Assembly: GCA_051294375.1 (NCBI GenBank)
Contig: CM119265.1
Location: 28,916,540-28,980,539 of the forward strand
DNA: 64,000 nucleotides
Reading direction: 5' to 3'
From: Paraspadella gotoi
Taxonomy: Eukaryota; Animalia; Chaetognatha
Made by a program: the position numbers and the translations under genes. The notes beneath the pieces were generated by a model. The model did not search any database and was not told the origin of the DNA. It was given only the letters and a program-made list of their open reading frames with translations. Below, in pieces: positions 53,901 to 64,000 of this stretch. The stretch's first letter is position 1. Each line of letters opens with the position of its first letter.

Positions 53901-56900
53901 GTAACAAGTTAATTAACCCAGATCAATTAAAGTGACTCACAACAAAACGATAATTATGAAAAATTTCAATTAAACATTAATTTTGTACATATCAATTATA
54001 TATCACAATAAATATATGAACTTTTATTATCATTAAGATTCAATAACCATCGTGATCAGTTCAGTTAATAAGAATCAAAATAAATAGATAGAAGGAAAAG
54101 AATCAAGTATTCAAGTTCAACCTTTTTATTTAGAGCAAGTACAAAATAGTTTAATGACTCAAACAATAAAAATTGCTTATAATTTTTTGAAAAGAAATCA
54201 GTATACTTAATAAGATTAGAATTTTAGTAATATATTGATAACCTGTCCGGAGTCAAATAGTTCCAAAAATGCACATAACAGGGATAATAACTAAAAATAC
54301 ATTGATGATGTTATATAAATTTGCAGATTCATTTTTCAAATAAGCTATATAATTGTTTAAAAGCGAATCAATATCTTCTTTCATCGTTAAATAGCATTTT
54401 TCAAATATTTTAATAAGATGAAAATTACCAAGTGACTCTTCTTTCACAGTCACAGCAAATTTTGAAAGATATTCATCATGCGGGTATGGTAAAACAATTT
54501 CAAGAATCTTTTCATGAAAATGATAGTTATGTTTTGAGGATGGATTCAAAATTTTAAAAAGACAAGTATAAAAAACCATAGTAGAGATTATAAAAATGGA
54601 TTTAATTCGAAACCACAATTTCGGTCGATGTTTTGAGAATTTGAATAAGAAGAGAAAACTTATTGCTAAAAGAGGGAGACATGAGCTGATGAAAGTAAGA
54701 AAAAAAGCTTCATGAAAAGCAGTTATAGTTAAGAGAGGACAATAATAGTCTATCACTGTTTTGTATCGTGAAGATAGACTCATAGATGGCGAGCATTTCC
54801 GAGAAATAATGCCTTTGAAATACTTAAAGTTTCTTTCTTGTCTTAAAAGATAAGAGGAAATTGGCAAAATGCTTGCAAAAAGGTAATTGATAGCTATAGC
54901 CCAATTATTTCCATGCATCTTTGGCCAAACCTCAAGAAAGTGAAAAACAAAAAAAGAAAATGGCCATGACAAACAAAAGTTTGTTAGCATTGTGAAGCTT
55001 CGATATAGTCGTTCTTTTGATGCGAATACAACTTTGTAAAAGCTCTGATTATAAAGACAGTCTTTTATAAAATATTTATCTCTGCAGCGTTGCATGTTTG
55101 CATCATGACTTATCATGGCGTAAATATTGATGCTGAGAATAATCAGTTTGGCTGAAGATACGGACGTTAACCAAAAGGCTTTTTTAAACTGATGATTGGT
55201 CAGCAAATAAACGTTAATGTAAAACAGGGACAAAAAATGATCTAAACATAAAATGCAAAGAACGGTTAAATGATGAGGTTCCAAAAGTTTGTAATTTCCC
55301 AGTCTAATGGAAAACCACGGTGAACGCTTTTTTGTGCATGCTACAAGATTTGTGTGACCAAAGCTTATTTTCTTTCCGAAATCATAATCAACAAGTCCAA
55401 TTAGTTTAAAACAAATGGGGGATGCTTCAATAAGAAAAATCTTTGGAATTTTTTCAGTTGTACTAAATATTTTCAAACCCCATCTGGAACATTTCGTGAT
55501 TGAACGAATTTTCTTAACAATTAAAATATGCTTATCAACATTAAAGAAGAAAGAAACCACTAACAAAGGCCAAGTTATCATAAAATTCAGTTCCTTAAAT
55601 GATGTAGTTGACTTCCTATGAGATATTTTAACTTCTCGAAAACTATGGAAAAAATCTTTCAACTCAGTGACAGTAAAGATTCGCCAGAGAATCATTGGAC
55701 TTAAGAGAATAAACCAGAGAGACTTAGTGAATACCCAGGAATAAACAAAATATGATAAAGTAAAAAGGCCACAGATTCCCTGGAATAAGCCAAGCAATAC
55801 AACAAAATTCAGCAATTTCTTTCCATTATCCCGGAATACCACCGCGGCTTTAGCCAGGCTCGTCGTTGAAAGACCAAAGGAGATAATTGTCATGTAATCT
55901 TCGATCTCCCAGTAGCATTTAAAATCAAGATGGCGACTGTATACACTTTCACATTTGCAAGTTTTGTTTGCAAGTTCTCTCATTGTTCCATTGCCAGTGA
56001 ATTCAAACAACTTAAAGTCCAATTGAAGTTGGTAAAAATTTTTGGGAAAGCAAATCTTCTTCATTCCACCAGTCATGTGGACTATAATCACGATTGCTTG
56101 AAGCAGAAATTGAGGGAAAGTCTCCACTAATAGTTGCAACCTATCCAGCATTTCCAAGAATTGGAGCTTGGTTACTGACGTCTGTGAATTTTTTTCATTT
56201 TTAGATTTTACTCGCTTGCACAGTGGAGGTGAAGACGCCTGCAGAGTAGGAACCGAAGATGGTTCAGGCATGGTCTCAATAGGTGAAGATGTAGATGATT
56301 GAATTGGATAATCTCTCTGATCAGAATGATCATCAATCATAAATACAACATTTCCAAAACCAAAGAAACAGCTTATCAGAGTGGCCATCTTCCTAAGAAA
56401 GCCGCCAGAGAAACGTGGATAAAGCAGCGCTTCTTCGGAGAGGCGGCGCCAGACAAATGCGCAGACTATGGCGCCGTGCAGCGCCAGTATGAACCACATT
56501 GAATAGGCGATGTATCTTAAATATTTGACTGGGTCTTGAGTAAAAGTGATCGCCGTGCGGATGTCTGTGATTACGTCGAGAGCACTTAACGCTACATTAA
56601 CCATCAAGAGATTTGAACTCGACATGTTTTCTACATGGTGACAATTTTACAAGCGCCGGTAAAAAAACGCTTGAAGAGACGTCCCTCTTAACTGCTAGGG
56701 GACCACCGGGCAAGAACCCCGGACCTTTGGGGCACCAATAGAACGGTTGGTGAATTTTCATCCACCATACGCTGTCATTTGCAAACCCATGAAGATTTTT
56801 TCAATGTTAAATATGAATTTAAAAGTAAAAACCCAAACTATTTGTATATGCAAATTTTATCAGTATCGACTTTGATATGCCTTAGCAATGATAGCAGGAA

Positions 56901-58458
56901 GATGGATTTGAAAATCGTCTCTAATTTCTAAACTCACTTTTTTAATTTAATTTTTTTCTTTTACTTTCAGTAAGTTTTCTGACGAAATTTGAAATAAAAT
57001 AATATTAATATTATTATCTCCTGAAAGCTCTTTCAATTTTAAAATGAATGACGTACTTACGAATACTGTAGTATAAAATTTAACCGGCCCAGCTTTAATT
57101 TCATTAGGATACTCAAAAACGAGATATCTTTCCAAAAATCAATAGCTGGAGGGTAAATTTAAGATTTTTATCAAATTGTGATTGGCTATCTTAAATCATT
57201 TTTTCTCAGGCTCTTTCATGATACTTATATAAATAATAATATTTTATGTTATAATAATTTAAACAGGTGATTTATTTAAAAAAAAATATTTAAAATTTTA
57301 GATAATTCACTTTTGACTCTCTTAATTGAACCAAGACTTGGCAATTTAATTTTTATGTTAGAGCTTTCGTAAGTATATCATTCTATTAATTTTTAAGGGC
57401 TTTCCAAGTATATTAATATTGTTAATATCTTAATAAGTACTTTGTTTAAAAAAGTGCTAAAAGTTCAAAAAAAAATTTGTATTTAAAAATAGTGAGTTGG
57501 AAAATGAAACCCGATTTGAAAAAACAACCTTCTCCACTCATTGTCAAGGCATATCTTAACTGATCAATATAAAATTTAAACACATAAATGGTTTTAATAT
57601 TTTATTCTCAAATAATTTTTAAAATCAATGAAATAACCACTGGTTTGCAAATTACAGGGTTTTTTTTAAGGGGTTTGTTAAATTGTCACCATGTAAAGGT
57701 TGGATACGGAATAACTGACAAATGAATGAAATAGAGAATGAGAAAGAGAGAGACAGAGAGAGCAAACGACGCCTAATTGAAAACAGTTTTTCATCTAAAT
57801 TTCTCTTTCAAACTGGCAAATGGAATTTTATATAATTTAATTAAAAACCTTTTCATTTGCTAAATATTAGTTACTTATTCTGATCGAAATAAGTTATTTG
57901 AGAAAAAAAAATATCATGTGAAAATTGCAAAGCATCGAATCTTTAAGAATATTTATTTTCCAAGAAATGTATTTTATATTATTTATAAATGTTAAATGAG
58001 AAAAGAAAGATGAGCAGGCTGTCAAACCAATTAAAAGCAGAAAGCGGTCTACCAGTCTGGTTATACAACCGAGATAGACTTTTTTTAACCTTGAAAACTC
58101 GAAGAATATTTTACTGTTCCGATTAGGGTTATGTAATTTTAGGGTAATAAAAAAAATAATTAAATAGAACTCAAAATTTTTCCTGAATGTTGAAAACTGA
58201 ATAACTGCAAAAACATTGAAAAGCTTTATTCTTCTATGAATATGAATGATAAAATTTAATTAATGATTTAACTGTTTCCGATAATGATTTTATTTTATAA
58301 GTTAAACCTTACCTTTCGAAATAAGCTTCTTCGGTAAGTCTATCGTACTCTTTTGAATTTTCGCAAATAAGTTTTTCGGGTTTATCCAAATTTTTTCTCG
58401 AAGTTTCTGTTTTTTTAAGAGTAATTTGAGAAAGTTGCTCCGACAGAGAGAGAGACAT
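50904..58458 (-). CDS. CDC123/D123-like (R2K clade) ATP-grasp protein, 7 exons
   Basis: Exons 58458-58313, 53776-53546, 53286-53178, 52888-52711, 52368-52175, 51639-51562 and 51137-50904 are all GT-AG and in phase. Motifs AYFERYYDAIAEFTFKS, GFVRLSTRSPKDA, LLSKRIRGDL, IILRQF...ENEFRVFV...VTAATQY, SYVLDV...FVVEVNPF...AVLFSW. Confidence 0.88.
51670..51920 (+). repeat. 43-bp minisatellite (~6 copies)
   Basis: Unit AATGGAACTCTGTTCCCCTTTTCCTTATTCTCTTTTCTCTTTT at 51670, 51713, 51756, 51799, 51842 and 51885. Confidence 0.9.
54253..56625 (-). CDS. Intronless XK-related-like multipass membrane protein (790 aa), nested in intron 1 of the CDC123-like gene
   Basis: Uninterrupted ORF with ALDVITDIRT and ETFPQFLLQ. 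Collinear with ORF 44847-47513 (LGNYxxLxP, KHILL/KHILI, SLAKA, FCTSFLP/FISSCLP, C-terminal VPVLM/IIPVM). TAG|AAAACATG acceptor-like site before the ATG. Confidence 0.85.
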   Translation of the reverse strand: MSSSNLLMVNVALSALDVITDIRTAITFTQDPVKYLRYIAYSMWFILALHGAIVCAFVWRRLSEEALLYPRFSGGFLRKMATLISCFFGFGNVVFMIDDHSDQRDYPIQSSTSSPIETMPEPSSVPTLQASSPPLCKRVKSKNEKNSQTSVTKLQFLEMLDRLQLLVETFPQFLLQAIVIIVHMTGGMKKICFPKNFYQLQLDFKLFEFTGNGTMRELANKTCKCESVYSRHLDFKCYWEIEDYMTIISFGLSTTSLAKAAVVFRDNGKKLLNFVVLLGLFQGICGLFTLSYFVYSWVFTKSLWFILLSPMILWRIFTVTELKDFFHSFREVKISHRKSTTSFKELNFMITWPLLVVSFFFNVDKHILIVKKIRSITKCSRWGLKIFSTTEKIPKIFLIEASPICFKLIGLVDYDFGKKISFGHTNLVACTKKRSPWFSIRLGNYKLLEPHHLTVLCILCLDHFLSLFYINVYLLTNHQFKKAFWLTSVSSAKLIILSINIYAMISHDANMQRCRDKYFIKDCLYNQSFYKVVFASKERLYRSFTMLTNFCLSWPFSFFVFHFLEVWPKMHGNNWAIAINYLFASILPISSYLLRQERNFKYFKGIISRKCSPSMSLSSRYKTVIDYYCPLLTITAFHEAFFLTFISSCLPLLAISFLFLFKFSKHRPKLWFRIKSIFIISTMVFYTCLFKILNPSSKHNYHFHEKILEIVLPYPHDEYLSKFAVTVKEESLGNFHLIKIFEKCYLTMKEDIDSLLNNYIAYLKNESANLYNIINVFLVIIPVMCIFGTI
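56634..57693. mobile_element. ~1,060-bp non-autonomous TIR element with TA TSD
   Basis: TA|CATGGTGACAATTTTACAAG ... GTTTGTTAAATTGTCACCATG|TA. The interior has no transposase ORF; a sub-terminal segment (CCACCGGGCAAGAACCCCG...AACGGTTGGTGAATTTTCATCCACC) resembles 39860-39980. Confidence 0.75.
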
Positions 58459-59106
58459 TCTGAGAACGAAAAAAAGAAAACTTGTTAGTAAGGGTTAGTT
58501 TTTTTTTTTTTTTTTTAATTTTTTTAGTTTTTTTAGTTTTTTAGATGAATGAAAGGTTTATTTCGCTTCTATTTTAATTCAGAGCCAATTCCTAAAAACG
58601 AGTTCTCTCTCTACCAGCATCGATGAATCAACTAAAAACAAATATGAATCATTACTCGATCTTATTTAAAGATACTTTTAAATCTTTAAATTATAGTGTG
58701 TCTAAAAGTAGGCTATTTTTAAACACTTTAGAAAAGAGCACAATGACGATGAAATAATAATGATGAAACAATACGTTAACATTTTTAGCCAAATTATTAA
58801 GGATATAAATTATTTTGTTTTAAACACAAACCGAACACGAGATGTCGCTTTGGGGTAGAAATGAAACAAAAGACTCTCATATTTTTTCCCTCAGAAATTC
58901 CGACTTTAAAAAGAAACGAAAGAGAAATAATCTTTCCCTACCGACGTCGAGACATTTGATGATTGATAATAAAAAAACAAAAAAACAAAAGACAATCGCA
59001 ATTCATTTATGAAAATAATATTAACGTATTTGCGACGTGAAAAAGAAACAGGGTCTAAAAAAGGGAGAGAGTCTAAAAAGATCAGATCCTGACCCCGAAG
59101 GCGACC

Positions 59107-59856
59107 ATGTTCCCCGCCCATCTTAACGTATCCATTCCCGAGGATCTTCCACGCCTCCTCGAAGATTTCACCGTGGCCGTCTTGAAGGCGCAACCGGCTG
59201 ATCTCATCGAATTCGCCGCTGAATACTTTGGAGAATTAAAGGATCAAAGAAAAGGAGAAGGGAGGAAAGGAGTCGGGTTCGGAGATGATGATTCGGTGAG
59301 TAAGGAAGGTAGGGTAAGGTAAGTTAACGTCAAGTGGGATTTAAAAATGAATATTTGTTATCAATGCCAGAAAAATCCTGAACGTCTTGAATGAAAACTA
59401 TCTACGATTAAAGATAAAGTCCTTATAGCTGTCTGAATAAAATACTGCAATATGTAAATGAGAATAAGGCGCTAAGTGGGGTGAAGAGTGGTATCCGCTA
59501 CTTCTTTAACGCCCTCTAGCAGTCACGAAACGGGTCATGGGCTTGAAACCTGGCTTGACGGTTTTCCACGCCGCCAGAGCGGTTTATGGGCGTCCTAAGG
59601 CTTCCCCAGGATAGGTACTATTGGAGATCAATCCCGGTGCCTTAAGGTCGTAAATTGATGGTATTATTCAGTGAGCCACCGGGTCAGGACTCAAGATTAA
59701 ATGCTTATAGGCGGGGTGAACATATTGCCATAATAACAAGAATAAAGTATTTATTTTAAGTCATTTCAACTCAGGATGATTATTCGGAAAAAGGAGGCGG
59801 GGGATTTTGGAGGAGGAAGAAGAAATCAGTCGCTGCTGAGAGATACGATCGACTGA

Positions 59857-59926
<70 letters not shown>

Positions 59927-60651
59927 CATGATTTCCCTCTCATTGTTTAGGATGATCAGTTCACAATCGACTCGATGTACGAAGACAAAAGTGAATCAGA
60001 CTCCAATATGTTGTTGGAAGAACTCGGGAAGATTTTTCTCTTTGCGGCAATTGATCTGAGGATGAGGAAGGCTCGTTCGTTCGTTCTTTCATTCATTGAT
60101 TCATTCGTTCATTGATTCATTGATTCATTGATTCATTCATTCATTCATTCATTCATTCATTAATTCATTTCTTCTTTCATCCATTTATTCATTCATTCAT
60201 TTATTCATTGATTCATTTATTAATTCGTTTATTAATACTCGTTCCTTGTCGCTTTTAATTTTTTAATTCTTTCAGTATTTATTCGATTCAGATTTTATAT
60301 TGAATCTAACGAATAAAATAGAAATATAAATAATATATTAGGTACTCAATAAATGAATTAAGGTAACTTATTGAGTAATTACTTGGCATTTGTCTTGATG
60401 TTCCTCAGTTCGGTATAATCATTTCCCACCGGCCTCCAGAAAGTGGTAAAAGCCCTCAAGGAAAGGCCCGTCAAATCCGGCGACTGCATCATTCGTCAGG
60501 GCGAACCCGGAGATTTCTTCTACATCATCGAGACGGGATCTTTTGCCGTTTTCGTCAAGAAGGAAGAAGAGATGGAGTTAGACTGGGATGGAGAAAGAAT
60601 GGCCACGATGGATGGAGAAGGGAGCTTTGGCGAATTGGCGCTGATGTGAGA

Positions 60652-60703
<52 letters not shown>

Positions 60704-62303
60704 AGCAAGAGAGAGAGAGACAAACATGAATACCCTCTCCCCAGGTACGACCAACCTCGAGCGGCGACGATTCGTGCTGTGTCGGACGGAAAACTTTGGG
60801 CTTTAGATCGATCGACTTTTCGAAGGATCGTTGTTCACGGGTTAGAAATGTTGTTGTTGTCGTTGTTGTTATTTTTTAAGAATGGAGGCTCCCCCTCCCG
60901 CAAGGGCCTTGTTCTTCTCTGGGTTTTCTCTTCCCCCTCCTCCTCCTCCTCCTCTCGTCGTCCCCTCCTCCTCATCCCCAAATCTTGGAGATCGGCATCA
61001 CTTCACGTTCCCTTTACTATGCATGATTTCCTATTACCAATATATTTTTTTGCCCTATTTACCTCTTTTTCCTGTCGCGAAAATAGATGGAGCCTTACCA
61101 AAGCAATACATGCCAATATTTTACATTCAAATTTAATATTCTCTCTCTATTATGCTATTTTTTATTTTCTACTTCTGTTCACTTTGATATTTCCTTTTTT
61201 CAAGTCCTTTTTTTTTCTTACCTCATACCTCTAACCATACCGCACCCTTCCTTTGCACCCTTCCTTCGCACCCCCGCACCCTTTCAGCGCCTACCAACGC
61301 CGCATCATGGTGAACAAGACTCTGTCTGAGATCCCGATGCTAGCGCCCCTGACGGAAGACGACCGAAACAACCTCGTCGACGCTCTCATCCCTCGTTCCT
61401 ACGACGACGGGGAAGTAATCATCCGCGAGGGAGACGAGGAAACCAATTCCATGTTCTTTATTGAAGAAGGAAAAGTCTCGATTAGGAAGAAGCATCCCCC
61501 GGTGAGGATGGGATGTGGGGAAAGTGTGCGGAGGGCGTGGGAAAGTGTGGGGAGGGCGTGGGAAAGTGTGGGGAAGGTATATGGAATGAAGGAGTGTGGA
61601 TACAGGGTGGGAAGATTGCAAGAGGATTGTATTATTATTTTGTCATGTTGTTTTATTGTTTTGGCATTATTTTCTAAGAATAATCCATTTCAGTTCTTAA
61701 TTCCTGAACTAAATTGTTACCCTAATTAAAAGATAACCAAATATCTAACCTATGATGACTATCATGCAATAAAAATTGGCGAAGTAGATTTTCCTCACTT
61801 CTTTCATCTCAAACTCTTTCCCTTTCTTCCTTTCCTCAATTTTCCTAATTTCCTCCTTTTCTCCTCCCCCCTTCTTCTCCCTCTTATGCTCTTTCTTTCG
61901 CTCTCTCTCTCCCCTTATCCCTCCCTCTATCCCTACCTCCCCTCCTCTCCTTCCCTTCATCTCTATCTCTCTCTCTCTCCCTCCTCTCCTCTTCTCTCCT
62001 TTCTCCCTCCCTCTATCTCTTCCTTTTTCTCCCCCTCTTCCTCTCTTTTTCTCCCTTCCTTTCCTTTCTCCCCTCTTCTCCTCCCTCCCTCCCTCTCTCT
62101 CAGGACGACGAACGAGAGATCAACCTCCTAACGACGGCCGATTACTTTGGCGAGAGGGCGTTGGTGACTCGAGAGCCTCGTCAAGCATCAGCGGTGGCCG
62201 TGGGGGAGGTGACCGTCATGGAACTCATGGTCGATGCCTTTGAGAGATTCTTGGGTCCTTGTATGGAGCTGATGAAGAAGAACATGGCCACTTATGAGGA
62301 GCA

Positions 62304-62355
<52 letters not shown>

Positions 62356-62591
62356 TTAGAGATAAAGAAAGACAGACTTATAATATAAAGAAAGATAGAA
62401 AAACAGTCACGTCACAACCTAACATAATTAGATTTATTTATATTATATTTGAAAATAATAATAAAGTATTTATTTATTAATAAAATATTTTAATATTAAT
62501 TCCTTTGTTCTTATTTCTTTGTTTCCAGGTGTCCAATATTTTTGGTGGATTGGATGATGATTCATTAACAATGGCAAGAATTTCTAAGTAA
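59107..62591 (+). CDS. PRKAR2: cAMP-dependent protein kinase type II regulatory subunit
   Basis: Exons 59107-59295 (RIIa D/D: IPEDLPRLLEDFTVAVLKAQPADLIEFAAEYF), 59775-59857 (RRKSVAAERYDP after correcting two 1-nt deletions), 59951-~60070 (noisy end), 60440-60645, 60745-60840, 61288-61501, 62104-62304 and 62529-62591. Two cNMP domains: IIRQGEPGDFFYII...GSFGELALMYDQPRAATI and YFGERALVTREPRQAS. Confidence 0.93.
59476..59730 (+). mobile_element. Possible tRNA-derived SINE in PKA-R intron 1
   Basis: GC-rich island with an A-box-like GTGGGGTGAAGAGTGGT, a B-box-like GGTCATGGGCTTGAAACCTGG and an AT-rich tail. Only one copy is seen in the window. Confidence 0.35.
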
Positions 62592-64000
62592 ATCTTGAAA
62601 AAATAATTCAACAAAAAATAAATATTTTGAATTTTTTTATTTATTTTTTATTTCATTTTAATTTTTTTGAAATCTATCGTTTTTTAAACAGAGGGGTAAG
62701 ATGTTACGCTCCTTTTGTTTTCTTCAAATATGTAAATATAGACATTTACTGTATGTTTCATTTTATTAGCTAAAAATAATATGTTATGTATCAAGATCTG
62801 TTTTCATTTTTTCATCTATTTAGTAGAATACAACGTTTTTAGTAAAAAAGTTATGTTTTTTTAATTTCCTAATCAGCCAATCAGGATTTTTGTTTTTTAC
62901 TTGGTAATTACTAATGGAATAAAACTTTTAGGCATTTTTTTTCAAAAATTAACCCATTTCTGTCCTTTTAATCCTGTACCTAATTTTAACAATAACATTT
63001 AACCATTATCTTGTGCCAAATCTACAAATAATAATTCTGAAATTTTAATCCCTACCCTTAACTTTATTTCTAAAGGGCTTTAACCCTAATCCATAATTCT
63101 AATGCCTAACCCTATTGCCTAACCTAAATCTTAATCCATAATTCTAATCCCTAACCCTATTGCTTAACCTAGGAGTCTACGTCGTTCTTAGAGATCGAGG
63201 AAGACTTTTTCAATGGAGATTTTCGTTCAAATCTGACTACCAAACAATATAAACGCTCCTGGTAAAAATTCTGGTAAAATATCGATGTAAAAAACACTTG
63301 ATTCTGATCCTGTTGCATCTGAAGGGCTCGCATTTTTTTTCTTTTTCAAAATCATCAACCTCTTTGATATCAACAAAGCCAGAACGGAACGGAAAAATTT
63401 TCCATCTCTGATTTTTAATAGAAATGAAAGGGATTTTTTCCTTGAAAACGATATAAACATGACTGAGGTATGTTCCTGTTCAACAAATGAGGTCCAATTT
63501 GGAATCCTTTTGGCAAAGTGTCTGAAGGGCTCTCAAAATTTTTCTTTACATTTTTATTGGTTATTTTGATATGATACGATCATGGTAAAAGTGAATTAGT
63601 CCATTTTGGTGAAATTTTTATTTAAGTAAAAGTAAAAGAAGAGCTAACGATCGGAATTCTAAGAGTTTTCAACCGGGAGTCAGATTCAGGAAAAATCTTT
63701 CTATGGCGAAAATCTTCCAAAAAGGGGTGAATTTTCCAAGATTTTGGTTAATATTTTCTATATTTATGGTCGGATTTTTTTGAAACTTAATATTAACAAT
63801 ATTGCCATCATTCTACCTTGGCCGGTTATAGAATATATTAAAAAAAACCTCAGGCTTTGTTCATCAGAGCTTAGTCCGACTTAACCTAAATCTTAATTCA
63901 TAAACCTAATCCCTAACTCTATTGCCTAACCTTAAATCTTAATCCATAAACCTTTAACCTAATCTTTAAGGATAAAAGAAACAAAAATTTGGAAATTATG

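Noticed and set aside
44847-56625. Nested ORFs as retrotransposon or viral envelope genes
   Set aside because: No RT, integrase, transposase, LTR or fusion-protein motifs are visible; the XK-like motifs fit better.
59775-60075. Frameshifts and a missing donor in PKA-RII exons 2-3 suggesting a pseudogene
   Set aside because: Local 1-nt deletions in short runs while all other exons are intact; more likely consensus errors.
63172-63560. Coding-like sequence including ORF 63227-63460
   Set aside because: No frame gives a recognisable motif or a consistent exon chain within the window.
63050-63965. Telomere-like CCTAA/CCCTAA repeats (also 40308-40460)
   Set aside because: Short, degenerate and interstitial; simple-repeat relics rather than a chromosome end.

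Overview
AT-rich metazoan nuclear scaffold with N-gaps, abundant microsatellites and some error-prone stretches. Spliced genes reconstructed by hand from GT-AG sites and exon phase: the 3' exons of an inhibitory Smad (Smad6/7, +); a fragmentary antisense gene between those exons; a 9-exon GH56 hyaluronidase (-) carrying a basic tandem-repeat insertion; a ~1,530-aa, 17-exon protein (+) joining an XK-related-like 5-TM module to a large C-terminal region with three pentraxin/LamG-like domains; a 101-aa small gene; an F-box/LRR-like gene (+); a non-canonical CDC123/R2K-type ATP-grasp gene (-) with an N-terminal LKKTET motif; and a PKA type II regulatory subunit (+). Main observation: two long intronless paralogous XK-like multipass ORFs (888 and 790 aa) lie on the same strand as their hosts, one inside intron 1 of the CDC123-like gene and one apparently inside an intron of the F-box gene. 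Each has an AG acceptor just before its ATG and a TA-flanked inverted-repeat element upstream. With tight same-strand gene spacing, this suggests trans-splicing-enabled nested genes and a local XK-like family expansion. Several MITEs, a dispersed repeat family, minisatellites and degenerate hammerhead-ribozyme motifs are also present. All family calls come from motif recognition; no database search was run.
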